Source: Comamonadaceae bacterium (lineage in GTDB: Bacteria > Pseudomonadota > Gammaproteobacteria > Burkholderiales > Burkholderiaceae_C). From it: DNA of 64,000 nucleotides. Positions 19,473 to 29,714 of the stretch are shown in pieces. The translations under genes were made by a program, and so were the position numbers. Every line of letters begins with the position of its first letter. The first letter of the stretch is position 1. The DNA lies in contig JAUMYU010000001.1 of the NCBI GenBank assembly GCA_030528485.1, positions 273-64,272 on the forward strand, in the 5' to 3' direction. The notes beneath the pieces were generated by a model. It had not been told where the DNA came from, ran no database searches, and saw only the letters and a program-made list of their open reading frames with translations.

Positions 19473-20207
19473 ATGCATTCAACTTTTATCCGCGCTCAAC
19501 AGCGCGCCGCCAATACGTTGCGTCCCGTGCGCATTGAACGCGGCTATACCATGCATGCCGAGGGATCGGTTTTGGTGGCATTTGGCCATACGCAGGTTTT
19601 ATGTACGGCTTCGGTGGAAGAACGTGTGCCGCCGCATCAGAAAGGCTCCGGACAGGGCTGGGTGACGGCTGAATACGGGATGTTGCCGCGTGCTACGCAT
19701 ACGCGCAGCCAGCGCGAGGCGGCCAAGGGCAAACAAACCGGGCGTACACAGGAAATTCAGCGTTTGATTGGCCGCTCCTTGCGCGCCGTGTTCGATTTGG
19801 CGCAGTTGGGCGAGCGCACCATTCATTTGGATTGCGATGTTTTGCAGGCCGATGGCGGCACGCGCACAGCAGCTATTACGGGCGCTTATGTTGCCGCGCA
19901 TGATGCAGTGACGTGGCTGCTTCGGCAGGGGATGATTGCGCAAAATCCCATCCGCGAAGCAGTGGCGGCGGTTTCTGTAGGGATCGTGCAAGGCCGGGCT
20001 TTATTGGACTTGGAATATTCGGAGGACAGCGCCTGCGATACGGACATGAATATCGTCATGACGGCATCGGGCCATTTTGTGGAGGTCCAGGGTACGGCAG
20101 AAGGTGCGGCTTTTTCACGCACCCAAATGGATGCATTGCTGGATTTGGCCAGCCAAGGTATTGAACAGTTGTTTGCGTTACAGCAAGACGCGCTGAGCAG
20201 GCCATGA
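19473..20207 (+). CDS. rph: Ribonuclease PH
   Basis: [35 protein letters not shown]. Confidence 0.96.
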   Translation: MHSTFIRAQQRAANTLRPVRIERGYTMHAEGSVLVAFGHTQVLCTASVEERVPPHQKGSGQGWVTAEYGMLPRATHTRSQREAAKGKQTGRTQEIQRLIGRSLRAVFDLAQLGERTIHLDCDVLQADGGTRTAAITGAYVAAHDAVTWLLRQGMIAQNPIREAVAAVSVGIVQGRALLDLEYSEDSACDTDMNIVMTASGHFVEVQGTAEGAAFSRTQMDALLDLASQGIEQLFALQQDALSRP

Positions 20208-20334
20208 GGGGGCACATTACAATCTGCGGCTTCAAACAGGATTGGAGGATTGCAAGATGCCTGTCCTTGAACTGATAGGTTTTGCGCTTGCGATTGGATA
20301 GTGGCGGCGGTTTGGCGTCGATATGGGGTAATCC

Positions 20335-20871
20335 ATGAGCAAAAAAACATGGTTGATGTGCGTTTGCAGCCTCGTGCTCAGCGGGGTGTGCGGCACAGCG
20401 AGGGCCGACGAGGCCTCGGTCACGCTGCAACTGCGCCGTCTGGTTGCAGGGGTGATTGAGTATTCCCAATGGCCACAAATGAAGGCCCCATTGCTGGTGT
20501 GCGTGGCCGGGCATGATGCCTTGGCAAGATCGCTCAGGGAACATCCCTTGCGCTCGCGCCATGGTGAATTGAGTATTCGGCGCGTGCCTATTGCGGATAC
20601 GGGTAATCTGGACGAGTGCGAGGTGCTGTATGTGGGCAATTTGTCTGATGCCTATGCAGAGAATTTGCTCAAACCATTGGTTGGCAAACCGGTGGTGACC
20701 ATTCGGCAAAATCCGACGCATTGCAGTGAAATTTCTTTCTTTTGTATTTATCTCTATGCAATGCCGGCAGCATTTGAGGTGAATCTGGATTTGGTGGCGC
20801 GCAGTGGGGTGCGGCTGAATCCGTGGGTATTAACGCTGGCGCAACCCGATGCACAACAACAACAGCCCTGA
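20335..20871 (+). CDS. YfiR family periplasmic protein
   Basis: Signal peptide, GVIEYSQWP, conserved Cys residues, FEVNLDLVARSGVRLNPWVL. Confidence 0.8.
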   Translation: MSKKTWLMCVCSLVLSGVCGTARADEASVTLQLRRLVAGVIEYSQWPQMKAPLLVCVAGHDALARSLREHPLRSRHGELSIRRVPIADTGNLDECEVLYVGNLSDAYAENLLKPLVGKPVVTIRQNPTHCSEISFFCIYLYAMPAAFEVNLDLVARSGVRLNPWVLTLAQPDAQQQQP

Positions 20872-20909
20872 ATCTTGTTGGGTGCAGCTTCACAATTGAT
20901 TTTCGTACC

Positions 20910-21428
20910 ATGCTTTTCTTTTTGCGTTCTTTTTTCCTTGCCCTGGCCGCCCTGGTATTGACGGCATGCCAGACGGCTCCACAAACGCACGCCAGTGGCT
21001 TGACTACTGAGCAAATTCATGCGTTGGAGGAATTCGGTTTTGTGCATATCGATAAAGGGATGTCCTACGATTTGGCTGGAAAAATTCTCTTTGAAACGGA
21101 TTCGTCCGATCTCGGTGAGGAGGCCAAAGCAGTGATTGCCCGGGTAACGGGGTTGTTCAATGAGATTGGCATTGGCTTCTTGAAACTGGAGGGGCATACC
21201 GATAATCGCGGGGCTGACCAGTACAACCAGCGTTTGTCGGAGCAGCGTGCGCAGGCGGTGGCCGATGAGATGGTGGCGCTTGGCCAGGATGTGCGCAAGC
21301 TCAAGGTAGAGGGCAAGGGCGCTTTCGCTCCCATTGCGGATAATGCAACGCCTGAGGGGCGTGCGGAAAATCGCCGGGTGACGCTGGTGGTGGGTGTGGC
21401 TGGCGGGCTTGTGCCGGCTGCGAAATAA
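20910..21428 (+). CDS. OmpA-domain lipoprotein (YfiB-like)
   Basis: Lipobox LTAC followed by QT, LTTEQIHAL..GF, EGHTD, YNQRLSEQRA, GRAENRRV. Confidence 0.85.
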   Translation: MLFFLRSFFLALAALVLTACQTAPQTHASGLTTEQIHALEEFGFVHIDKGMSYDLAGKILFETDSSDLGEEAKAVIARVTGLFNEIGIGFLKLEGHTDNRGADQYNQRLSEQRAQAVADEMVALGQDVRKLKVEGKGAFAPIADNATPEGRAENRRVTLVVGVAGGLVPAAK

Positions 21429-21526
21429 AAGGATTTTCGGACTGTATTTTTGAGGAAGGTGTGATGGGTTTTGGGATGGGTTGAAGCAACAGTGCTTGAT
21501 TCATCAGGATTTTTCAAAAATGCAGC

Positions 21527-21565
21527 AAATGACAAAGGGGCGCGTGATGCGCCCCTTTGTCATTT
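21527..21565. terminator. Bidirectional terminator between the yfiB-like gene and uvrA
   Basis: 17-bp arms AAATGACAAAGGGGCGC / GCGCCCCTTTGTCATTT between convergent genes. Confidence 0.75.
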
Positions 21566-21650
21566 CTCCTCCAGGTCATGGCTTGCTGCCTCTGCCGTGG
21601 GTGGCTTGAGGCTGTTTTGCAGCCGTTGCAGAGACTGTTGTTTCAATAAA

Positions 21651-21724
21651 TTACAAATCAAAGGAAACAAAATTAACTTGTTTCGGCAATGTGGTAAATG
21701 ATTTGATTTTCCTTTGAAATGGAT
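21651..21724 (+). repeat. AT-rich inverted-arm element, copy 4 (74 bp)
   Basis: TTACAAATCAAAGGAAAC...TGTTTCGGCA...TTTGAAATGGAT; abuts the uvrA stop codon. Confidence 0.9.
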
Positions 21725-24700
21725 TTATGTTGTGCTTCGCCCTCGCTCCAAAACGTCGCGCAGATAGCGCCCGGTATGGCTGGCGGGGTGCTGGGCAATG
21801 TCCTCGGGTGTGCCCTGGGCGATGACTTGGCCGCCGCCCTGGCCGCCTTCGGGGCCCATGTCGATGATCCAGTCGGCGATTTTGATGACGTCCAGGTTGT
21901 GCTCAATGACGACGACGGTGTTGCCCGCGTCGCGCAAGCGTTGCAGGACTTGGACGAGCAGGGCGATGTCGGCAAAGTGCAGGCCGGTGGTGGGTTCGTC
22001 CAGGATGTAGAGCGTGCGGCCGGTGTCGCGGCGCGAGAGTTCGTGCGCCAGCTTCACGCGCTGCGCCTCGCCGCCCGAAAGGGTGGTGGCGCTTTGGCCC
22101 AACTGGATGTAGCTCAGGCCCACGTCCATCAGCGTTTGCAGTTTGCGCGCGATGGGCGGCACGGCTTGCATGAAGTGCAGGGCTTCTTCCACGGTCATGC
22201 GCAAAATCTCGGCGATGTTTTTGCCCTTGTATGGCACCTCCAGCGTTTCGCGGTTGTAGCGCTGGCCGTGGCAGATGTCGCAGGGCACGTACACATCGGG
22301 CAGAAAGTGCATTTCGACTTTGACCATGCCATCGCCCTGGCAGGCTTCGCAGCGCCCGCCGGCGACGTTGAAGGAAAAGCGCCCGGGGCCGTAGCCGCGC
22401 TCTTGCGCGGTGGGCACTTGCGCCAGCAGATCGCGGATGGGGGTCATCAGGCCGGTGTAGGTGGCGGGGTTGCTGCGCGGGGTGCGGCCGATGGGGGCTT
22501 GATCGACGTTGATGACTTTGTCCAGCCACTCCAGGCCGAGCAGTTCCTGGTGCGGCGCGGGTTCGGTGTGGGCGCGGTAGAGGCGCTGGGCGACGGCGGC
22601 GTACAGCGTGTCGTTGACCAGGGTGCTTTTGCCGGAGCCGGATACGCCGGTGACGCAGGTGATGAGGCCGACGGGGATGTCCACATCGACGTGGCGCAGG
22701 TTGTTGCCGTGGGCGCCGGCGATGCGCAGGGCCTGGTAGGCGTCGGGGGATGGTGTGGCTTCCGGGGATGAGGAAACCGGGAAGGGCGCGCCAGCGTTGG
22801 CCCGGGCGGCGGGTATGGCCTGCCAGGGCGTGCGCGCGGCGGGCACGTCGATGCGCAGCGCGCCAGAGAGGTAGCGCCCGGTGAGCGAGTCGGTGTGGGC
22901 GCAGATGGCGGCGAAATCGCCTTGGGCAACGACCTGGCCGCCATGCACGCCTGCGCCGGGGCCCATGTCGATGATGTGGTCGGCCGCGCGCATCATGTCT
23001 TCGTCGTGCTCGACCACGATGACGCTGTTGCCGATGTCGCGCAGGTGCTTCAGGGTGGCGATGAGGCGGTCGTTGTCGCGCTGGTGCAGGCCGATGCTGG
23101 GTTCGTCCAGCACGTACATGACGCCGGTCAGGCCCGAGCCGATCTGGCTGGCCAGGCGGATGCGCTGGGCTTCGCCGCCCGAGAGGGTGTCGGCGCTGCG
23201 CTCCAGGCTGAGGTAGTCCAGGCCGACGTTGTTGAGAAAGCGCAGGCGCGTGGCGATTTCGCGCCCGATTTTGGCGGCGATCTCGGCCTTGGCGCCGCTC
23301 AGTTGCAGTTGCTCGAACCAGCGCAGCGCCTGGGCCAGCGTATCGTGCACGACGTGCTGGATGGGGCGCGCTTGCGCGCCCTCGCCGACTTTGACGTGCA
23401 GCGCCTCCTGGCGCAGGCGCGCGCCTTGGCAGGCGGGGCAGGTTTGCGTGCTGCGGTATTTGGCCAGCTCCTCGCGCACGGCGGTGGAGTCGCTCTCGCG
23501 GTAACGGCGCGCGAAGTGGGGCACGATGCCTTCAAAAGGCCGCATGCGGATGTTGGACTGACCTTTGCCGGGGCCGCTTTCGGTGATGTGGGTAAAGAGG
23601 ATTTCTTCCTGGCCAGAGCCGTGCAGGATGACTTCGCGCACGCGGGCGGGCAGCGCCTCGAAGGGCGTGTGCTCGGCGTCAAAGCCGTAATGCGCGGCCA
23701 GGCTTTGGATTTGGCCGAAGTAGTAGGCGTTGCGCCTGTCCCAACCCTTGATGGCGCCAGCGGCCAGGCTGAGCGAGGGGAAGGCGACGATGCGCGCGGG
23801 GTCGAACACCTCGCTCACGCCCAGGCCGTCGCAACTGGGGCAGGCGCCAGTGGGGGAATTGAAGGAGAACAGGCGTGGCTCCAGCTCGGGCAGGCTGTAG
23901 TCGCAATGCGGGCAGGCGAATTTGGCGCTGAAGCTATGCTCGACGCCGCTGTCCATCTCCAGCGCGATGACGCGCCCGCTGGCGTTGGCGCCGCCGATGC
24001 CCAAAGCCGTTTCAAAGCTCTCGGCCAGGCGCTGGCGCATGTCGGGGCGGACTTTGAGGCGATCGACGACGACGTCGATATCGTGGCGGTCGTTCTTTTT
24101 GAGGGCGGGCAGGTCTTCTTCGCTCACCGTCTGCCCATCGACGCGAAAGCGCACAAAGCCGCGGGCGCGCATGGCTTCAAACAGATCGGCAAATTCGCCC
24201 TTTTTGCCGCGCGCGACGGGGGCCAGCAGCATCAGCTTGGTGCCCTCGGGCAGCGCCAGGATGGCATCGACCATCTGGCTGACGGTTTGCGCGGCCAGCG
24301 GCAACTGGTGCGTGGGGCAATAGGGCGTGCCCGCGCGTGCGTAGAGCAGGCGCAGGTAATCGCTGATCTCGGTGACGGTGCCGACGGTGGAGCGCGGGTT
24401 GTGGCTGGTGGCTTTTTGCTCGATGGAGATGGCTGGCGAGAGGCCCTCGATCATGTCCACATCGGGCTTGTCCAGCCGCCCCAGGAACTGGCGGGCGTAA
24501 GCGGAGAGGCTTTCCACATAACGCCGCTGGCCTTCGGCGTAGAGCGTGTCGAACGCCAGCGAGGACTTGCCCGAGCCGGACATGCCGGTGATGACGATGA
24601 GCTTGTGGCGCGGGATATCGAGATCGATGTTTTTCAGGTTGTGGGTGCGCGCGCCACGGATGCTGATGCAGTCGTGCCCATGCGAAGGTGCGCAAACTGC

Positions 24701-24733
24701 GGGCGTGGCGGCGGAATTGGTGGTGGAACTCAT
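21725..24733 (-). CDS. uvrA: Excinuclease ABC subunit A
   Basis: GARTHNLKN, two GxSGSGKS motifs, zinc fingers, LSGGEAQR twice. Confidence 0.97.
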   Translation of the reverse strand: MSSTTNSAATPAVCAPSHGHDCISIRGARTHNLKNIDLDIPRHKLIVITGMSGSGKSSLAFDTLYAEGQRRYVESLSAYARQFLGRLDKPDVDMIEGLSPAISIEQKATSHNPRSTVGTVTEISDYLRLLYARAGTPYCPTHQLPLAAQTVSQMVDAILALPEGTKLMLLAPVARGKKGEFADLFEAMRARGFVRFRVDGQTVSEEDLPALKKNDRHDIDVVVDRLKVRPDMRQRLAESFETALGIGGANASGRVIALEMDSGVEHSFSAKFACPHCDYSLPELEPRLFSFNSPTGACPSCDGLGVSEVFDPARIVAFPSLSLAAGAIKGWDRRNAYYFGQIQSLAAHYGFDAEHTPFEALPARVREVILHGSGQEEILFTHITESGPGKGQSNIRMRPFEGIVPHFARRYRESDSTAVREELAKYRSTQTCPACQGARLRQEALHVKVGEGAQARPIQHVVHDTLAQALRWFEQLQLSGAKAEIAAKIGREIATRLRFLNNVGLDYLSLERSADTLSGGEAQRIRLASQIGSGLTGVMYVLDEPSIGLHQRDNDRLIATLKHLRDIGNSVIVVEHDEDMMRAADHIIDMGPGAGVHGGQVVAQGDFAAICAHTDSLTGRYLSGALRIDVPAARTPWQAIPAARANAGAPFPVSSSPEATPSPDAYQALRIAGAHGNNLRHVDVDIPVGLITCVTGVSGSGKSTLVNDTLYAAVAQRLYRAHTEPAPHQELLGLEWLDKVINVDQAPIGRTPRSNPATYTGLMTPIRDLLAQVPTAQERGYGPGRFSFNVAGGRCEACQGDGMVKVEMHFLPDVYVPCDICHGQRYNRETLEVPYKGKNIAEILRMTVEEALHFMQAVPPIARKLQTLMDVGLSYIQLGQSATTLSGGEAQRVKLAHELSRRDTGRTLYILDEPTTGLHFADIALLVQVLQRLRDAGNTVVVIEHNLDVIKIADWIIDMGPEGGQGGGQVIAQGTPEDIAQHPASHTGRYLRDVLERGRSTT

Positions 24734-24905
24734 CCCAGTGCAGGCAAGAAAAAAAATGCAACCGGGCATGATAGCAAGGGCGCCTGGGCAGGGGCCAGGT
24801 CTGCGGGGGGCACGCCACGGAGTCAGGGATTGACCCTAGTTGTGACAAAGTGTGATAGCGTATGCCTTATTGATTTTTTGACAAACCTATCCAAAGGAGT
24901 GACAG

Positions 24906-25100
24906 ATGAAGCTGAACGTTGGTGGTATCGATCGAATCTTGCGCATCGTGGTCGGCGTGGTGCTGATTGCCTTGGCTGTGTTCAATGTCGTGGGCTGGTG
25001 GGGCTATCTGGGCATCGTGCCTCTGGTGACGGGGCTGTTCAGCTTCTGCCCGCTGTACCCGCTGCTGGGAATTAACACTTGCCCGCTGGATAAGCGTTGA
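24906..25100 (+). CDS. DUF2892 (YgaP-like) small membrane protein
   Basis: NVGGIDRILRI...FCPLYPLLGINTC; SD AAGGAG. Confidence 0.85.
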   Translation: MKLNVGGIDRILRIVVGVVLIALAVFNVVGWWGYLGIVPLVTGLFSFCPLYPLLGINTCPLDKR

Positions 25101-25132
25101 GCTTGCGCCGGCGCGCATAGGAACGCATAGGA

Positions 25133-25161
25133 AAAAAGGCGGCCCGTAGTGGCCGCCTTTT
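25133..25161. terminator. Bidirectional terminator
   Basis: AAAAGGCGGCC-loop-GGCCGCCTTTT between convergent genes. Confidence 0.7.
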
Positions 25162-25172
25162 CGTGTCAAGAT

Positions 25173-25247
25173 ATTTCTTTCAAAGGAAATTTGGCTGTAT
25201 GCCTATCATGCCGAAACAGGGCGACTATTTTTCCTTTTGATTGGTAA
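25173..25247 (-). repeat. AT-rich inverted-arm element, copy 5 (75 bp)
   Basis: Reverse complement TTACCAATCAAAAGGAAA...TGTTTCGGCA...TTTGAAAGAAAT. Confidence 0.88.
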
Positions 25248-25263
25248 TCATGAAGATGTTTTT

Positions 25264-26184
25264 TTATGCGGCGGGCAAAAAGCCTTCGACGGAAAGGTAA
25301 CGCTCGCCCGTGTCGTAGTTAAAGCCCAGCACGCGCGCGCCATCGGGCAATTGGGGTAACTGCTGCGCAATGGCGGCCAGCGTGGCGCCGGAGGAAATGC
25401 CCACCAGCAGCCCTTCCTGCGCGGCGCAGCGGCGGGCGTATTCGCGGGCGGCTTCGGCTTCGACCTGGAGCACGCCATCGAGCAGGCTGACATCCAGGTT
25501 TTTCGGGATAAAACCTGCGCCCAGCCCCTGGATGGGGTGCGGCGCGGGCTGGCCGCCGGAGATGACGGGCGAGTCTTTCGGTTCCACCGCAAACACTTTC
25601 AGTTGCGGCCAGCGCGCCTTGAGCGCGCGCGCCACGCCGGTGAGGTGCCCGCCCGTGCCCACGCCGGTGATGATGGCGTCCAGCCCATCGGGGAAGTCGG
25701 CGGCGATCTCCTCGGCAGTGGTGCGCATGTGCACTTCGATGTTGGCGGGGTTGTCAAACTGCTGGGCGATCCACGCGCCGGGCGTTTGGGCCTTTAGCTC
25801 TTCGGCGCGAGCGATGGCGCCTTTCATGCCCGCCGCTTTGGGGGTGAGTTCAAAACGCGCGCCGTAGGCCAGCATCAGGCGGCGGCGCTCCAGCGACATG
25901 CTCTCGGGCATGACCAGAATCAGGCGATAGCCTTTGACGGCGGCCACCAGCGCCAGGCCGATGCCGGTGTTGCCCGAAGTGGGTTCGATGATGGTGCCGC
26001 CGGGCTGAAGCTCGCCGCTGCGCTCGGCGGCCTCGACCATTGCCAGCGCGATGCGGTCTTTGATGGAGCCGCCGGGGTTGGTGCGCTCGGCCTTGATCCA
26101 GACCTTGGCCTCGGGGCCAAACAGGCGGTTGATGCGGATGTGCGGCGTGCGGCCAATGGTTTCGAGGACGTTTTGGTAGGGCAT
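25264..26184 (-). CDS. cysK: Cysteine synthase A
   Basis: NPGGSIKDR (PLP lysine), [24 protein letters not shown]. Confidence 0.93.
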   Translation of the reverse strand: MPYQNVLETIGRTPHIRINRLFGPEAKVWIKAERTNPGGSIKDRIALAMVEAAERSGELQPGGTIIEPTSGNTGIGLALVAAVKGYRLILVMPESMSLERRRLMLAYGARFELTPKAAGMKGAIARAEELKAQTPGAWIAQQFDNPANIEVHMRTTAEEIAADFPDGLDAIITGVGTGGHLTGVARALKARWPQLKVFAVEPKDSPVISGGQPAPHPIQGLGAGFIPKNLDVSLLDGVLQVEAEAAREYARRCAAQEGLLVGISSGATLAAIAQQLPQLPDGARVLGFNYDTGERYLSVEGFLPAA

Positions 26185-26359
26185 GGCGTTTCCTTCAAGA
26201 GAAAGGGCGCTGCCGCAGTGTCTTGCGGCAGCGCCCTTGAACACAACGGCGCCCATTGTGTGCCCTTTGCCCGGCCAGGGAAACGATATTTATCTTCTAT
26301 CGATATGCCACAGCTCCATATGCGCGGCAAGGGCGGGGGCTGTGTGCGGGGCGGCCGGA

Positions 26360-26899
26360 TCACTGCTCGACCAGCAGCGAGCGCAGCATCCACGCGGTTT
26401 GCTCATGCACGGCCAGGCGCTGTGTGAGCAAGTCGGCGGTGGGTTCATCGCTGGCTTTTTCGGCCAGGGGGAAGATGTCGCGCGCGGTGCGGGCCACGCT
26501 TTCATGGCCTTCGATGAGGATGCGCACCATCTCCAGCGCCGCTGGCGGCTGGGCGGGCGCGTCGGCCAGCGAGGTCAGGCGACCGAACTCGGCGTAAGAG
26601 CCGGGGGCGAAATGGCCCAGCGAGCGGATGCGCTCGGCGATGGGGTCGATGGCGTTCCACAGCTCGGTGTACTGATCCATGAACATCGCGTGCAGGGTGT
26701 TGAACATCGGGCCGGTGACGTTCCAGTGGAAGTTGTGCGTGGTCAGGTACAGCGTGGTGGTGTCGGCCAGCAGGCGCGAGAGGCTGGAGGCAATGGCCGC
26801 GCGGTCTTTGTCGTTGATGCCGATGTTGATGGCAGGCGCGCCGGTGGCCGTGCGCTTGGTGGTGGCGGTTGTTTTGGTGGTTTTGCTGGTTTTGGACAT
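26360..26899 (-). CDS. dps: DNA starvation/stationary-phase protection protein Dps
   Basis: THNFHWNVTGPMFNTLH, IAERIR, HEQTAWMLRS. Confidence 0.93.
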   Translation of the reverse strand: MSKTSKTTKTTATTKRTATGAPAINIGINDKDRAAIASSLSRLLADTTTLYLTTHNFHWNVTGPMFNTLHAMFMDQYTELWNAIDPIAERIRSLGHFAPGSYAEFGRLTSLADAPAQPPAALEMVRILIEGHESVARTARDIFPLAEKASDEPTADLLTQRLAVHEQTAWMLRSLLVEQ

Positions 26900-27021
26900 G
26901 GATGGCTCCTCTGGTTGAAAACATGCGATGCGCCGGGAAGGCGATTGGCTTCCTCAGCGTTTGGTTGGCGCCCGTTTGCGGGTGGTGCCGCTATTGTCGT
27001 GCGTGATGGCGGCCAAGGCCA

Positions 27022-27058
27022 ATGAAGTTTGGCAATGGCGGCGATAGGTAGAGCGGCT
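27022..27058. promoter_or_regulatory. Possible OxyR-type binding site upstream of dps
   Basis: ATGA-N7-CAAT-N7-ATAG-N7-GGCT has the spacing of ATAG-N7-CTAT-N7-ATAG-N7-CTAT but is degenerate. Confidence 0.3.
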
Positions 27059-27122
27059 GGAGCATCAGCGGCTGGAGCAAATCGTCAGGCGGGCGGCGGC
27101 ACGATGCTTGCGGTAGTTTTTA

Positions 27123-27196
27123 TTTCAATTCAAAAGAATAAAAATATGCCTGTTTCGGCAATTCCGTAATGAAATATTTTTTACATTGAAATGTAA
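27123..27196 (+). repeat. AT-rich inverted-arm element, copy 6 (74 bp)
   Basis: TTTCAATTCAAAAG...TGTTTCGGCA...ATTGAAATGTAA. Confidence 0.9.
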
Positions 27197-27356
27197 TTTC
27201 ATGATGGGGCTTGAAAACAATTGTTGCGATTGCATCGGGTGAGCACTTGGAAAGGAAAAGGGTGCGAGGGCTAGAATGTCCGGCTTTGGCTGCGGGGCAT
27301 GGAGGCGGACGAAGCCTGTCCATGCCCGCTTATTGTTTTGCAAGGAGGTGATTCGC

Positions 27357-28394
27357 ATGCGTAAAACAGCAATTTGGGGCGCACTGGCCCTGGGTGCAAT
27401 GGCTTTGACGGGCTGCCAGACAACGGGCTTGCAGCTCGGCGGCGGCAACACGATGGCCACAGGCGGGGCGGCTGGCAGCCATGCGGCTGGCGCGAATTCG
27501 CAACTGGAGCGTTGTGATGCGCCTTTGGGCACGGTGTCGCTGGTGGAAAACCAGGACGCTGGCTGGTACACCATCTTGCGCGGCGAATACCAACTGCCGC
27601 CCACTTCCAACCTGCTGCGCCTGTTGATTCAGCAATCCAACTGTTTTGTGGTGGTCGAGCGCGGCGCTGCGGGCATGAATGCGATGCAGCGCGAGCGCGC
27701 GCTGATGCGAAGCGGCCAAATGCGCGGGGGCAGCAACTTCGGCGGCGGGCAAATGGTCGCCTCTGATTACGCCTTGCAGCCCGAGGTGGTGTTCAGCTCC
27801 GACAACACCGGCGGCTGGATGGGGGCCGTGGGCGGCCTCATCGGCGGCGGCGGCGGCCAGGCCCTGGCGGCCATTGGCGCCAATACCAAGCGTCGTGAAG
27901 CCGCAGCCATGCTGACTTTGGTGGATAACCGCTCGGGCGTGCAGGTTTCGGCCTCGCAAGGCAGCGCGGGCAAGACCGATTTGGGCGGCTTTGGCTCGCT
28001 GTTCGGCGGCGGCGCTGGCGCAGGTTTGGGCGGCTACAGCAACACCCCGCAAGGCCAGTTGCTGACGGCTGCTTTCATGGATGCCTACAACCAAATGGTG
28101 CGTTCGCTGCGCAACTACCAGGCGCAGACCGTGAAAGGGCAGGGCCTGGGCGGCGGCGGCCGCCTGGGTGTGGATGGCGGCGTTGCCCCTTCCCAAACCC
28201 ATGTGAAAGGCCCGCGCGTGAGCGTGCGCTCGGCGCAGCAAATGCTCAACGACATGGGCTACGACGCGGGCTCGCCGGACGGCAAGATGGGCCAGCGCAC
28301 GGTCAATGCCCTGCGCGCGTTCCAGCGCGATAACGGCCTGGCGGTCACCGGGCGTTTGGACAAGGCCACGATGCAGGCTTTGTCGGAACAGTAA
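27357..28394 (+). CDS. CsgG/HfaB-like lipoprotein with a C-terminal peptidoglycan-binding domain
   Basis: Lipobox LTGC, LLIQQSNCFVVVERG, C-terminal GYDAGSPDGKMGQRTVNALRAFQRDNGLAVTG. Confidence 0.75.
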   Translation: MRKTAIWGALALGAMALTGCQTTGLQLGGGNTMATGGAAGSHAAGANSQLERCDAPLGTVSLVENQDAGWYTILRGEYQLPPTSNLLRLLIQQSNCFVVVERGAAGMNAMQRERALMRSGQMRGGSNFGGGQMVASDYALQPEVVFSSDNTGGWMGAVGGLIGGGGGQALAAIGANTKRREAAAMLTLVDNRSGVQVSASQGSAGKTDLGGFGSLFGGGAGAGLGGYSNTPQGQLLTAAFMDAYNQMVRSLRNYQAQTVKGQGLGGGGRLGVDGGVAPSQTHVKGPRVSVRSAQQMLNDMGYDAGSPDGKMGQRTVNALRAFQRDNGLAVTGRLDKATMQALSEQ

Positions 28395-28450
28395 GAACAG
28401 TCGGCCTCAAGCCATTGGCGCATTGCGGCCCCGTTGGGGGCCATGACGAT

Positions 28451-28482
28451 CAGGCGGTCTAGCAAAGTAGGCCGCCTTTTTT
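28451..28482 (+). terminator. Terminator after the lipoprotein gene
   Basis: AGGCGGTCTA...TAGGCCGCCT followed by TTTTT. Confidence 0.65.
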
Positions 28483-28655
28483 GTGCCCTTGCAAAACGGT
28501 TTTGCAGATCCATCGTTGGTTATTGACGACACGGAAAACATCGTTGTCAATTGAGGCCCGCGCCGGCTTTCAGAACGGACTAGCGGGTGGCTGCAAGCGG
28601 GGGTTGGAGGGCGATAATTGCAGGCATTCGTATCTGCTTGCGAGGAAATGTAAAC

Positions 28656-29699
28656 GTGGATATCACCCAACTGCTGGCATTCAGCGTCAAGAACAAAGCC
28701 TCCGACCTGCACCTCTCCGCAGGCCTGCCGCCCATGATTCGCGTCAACGGCGATGTGCGGCGCATCAACGTCGAGCCGCTCGACCACCGCGCGGTGTTTT
28801 CCATGATTTACGACATCATGAGCGATGCCCAGCGCAAGACGTATGAGGAGTTCCTGGAGGTGGATTTCTCCTTTGAGGTCGATGGCCTGGCGCGCTTTCG
28901 GGTCAATGCTTTCAACCAGAACCGCGGCGCGGCGGCGGTGTTTCGGACCATTCCGAGCAAGGTGCTGACGCTGGAGCAGCTCAATGCGCCCAGGATTTTT
29001 GCCGAGCTGGCGCTCAAGCCGCGTGGACTGATCTTGGTGACGGGGCCGACCGGCTCGGGCAAGTCCACCACGCTGGCCGCGATGATCAACCACCTCAACG
29101 AGAGCGAGTACGGCCACATCCTGACGGTGGAGGATCCGATCGAATTCGTGCACGAATCGAAAAAGTGCCTGATTAACCAGCGCGAGGTCGGGCCGATGAC
29201 GCACTCGTTCACGGCCGCGCTGCGCTCCGCATTGCGGGAAGACCCGGACGCCATTTTGGTGGGCGAGCTGCGCGATCTGGAGACCATCCGCCTGGCTTTG
29301 ACGGCGGCGGAGACGGGGCACTTGGTGTTTGGCACGCTGCACACCTCCAGCGCGGCCAAAACCATTGACCGGGTGATTGACGTGTTCCCAGCAGAAGAAA
29401 AAGAAATGGTGCGCTCCATGCTGTCTGAATCGCTGGAGGCGGTGATTTCGCAAACCCTGCTCAAGACCAAGGACGGCACGGGCCGTGTGGCCGCGCATGA
29501 AATCATGCTGGGCACGCCAGCGATTCGCAACCTGATCCGCGAGGCCAAGGTGGCGCAGATGTATTCCACCATCCAGACCAGCCAAAGCATGGGCATGCAG
29601 ACGCTGGACCAAAACCTGGTGGAGCTGGTGCGGCGCAACGTTATCAGCGCGCGTGATGCGCGCATGAAAGCCAAGATCCCAGAGAACTTCCCCCTGTAA
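28656..29699 (+). CDS. pilT: Type IV pilus retraction ATPase PilT
   Basis: GTG start, (M)DITQLLAFSVKNKASDLHL; GPTGSGKSTT; AIRNLIRE motif. Confidence 0.96.
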   Translation: MDITQLLAFSVKNKASDLHLSAGLPPMIRVNGDVRRINVEPLDHRAVFSMIYDIMSDAQRKTYEEFLEVDFSFEVDGLARFRVNAFNQNRGAAAVFRTIPSKVLTLEQLNAPRIFAELALKPRGLILVTGPTGSGKSTTLAAMINHLNESEYGHILTVEDPIEFVHESKKCLINQREVGPMTHSFTAALRSALREDPDAILVGELRDLETIRLALTAAETGHLVFGTLHTSSAAKTIDRVIDVFPAEEKEMVRSMLSESLEAVISQTLLKTKDGTGRVAAHEIMLGTPAIRNLIREAKVAQMYSTIQTSQSMGMQTLDQNLVELVRRNVISARDARMKAKIPENFPL

Positions 29700-29714
29700 T
29701 CGGGAGCACAGCGC

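Noticed and set aside
24734-24905. LexA box upstream of uvrA
   Set aside because: No CTGT-N8-ACAG was found by eye.
22895-25075. Long antisense or alternative-frame ORFs (e.g. 22895-25075+, 50505-52664+, 55844-57685+, 702-2102+)
   Set aside because: They are shadow ORFs opposite well-supported genes in high-GC DNA and have no recognisable motifs.
27052-27079. Tandem AGCGGCTGGAGCA x2 near element copy 6
   Set aside because: It is a single short local duplication, not seen at other copies.
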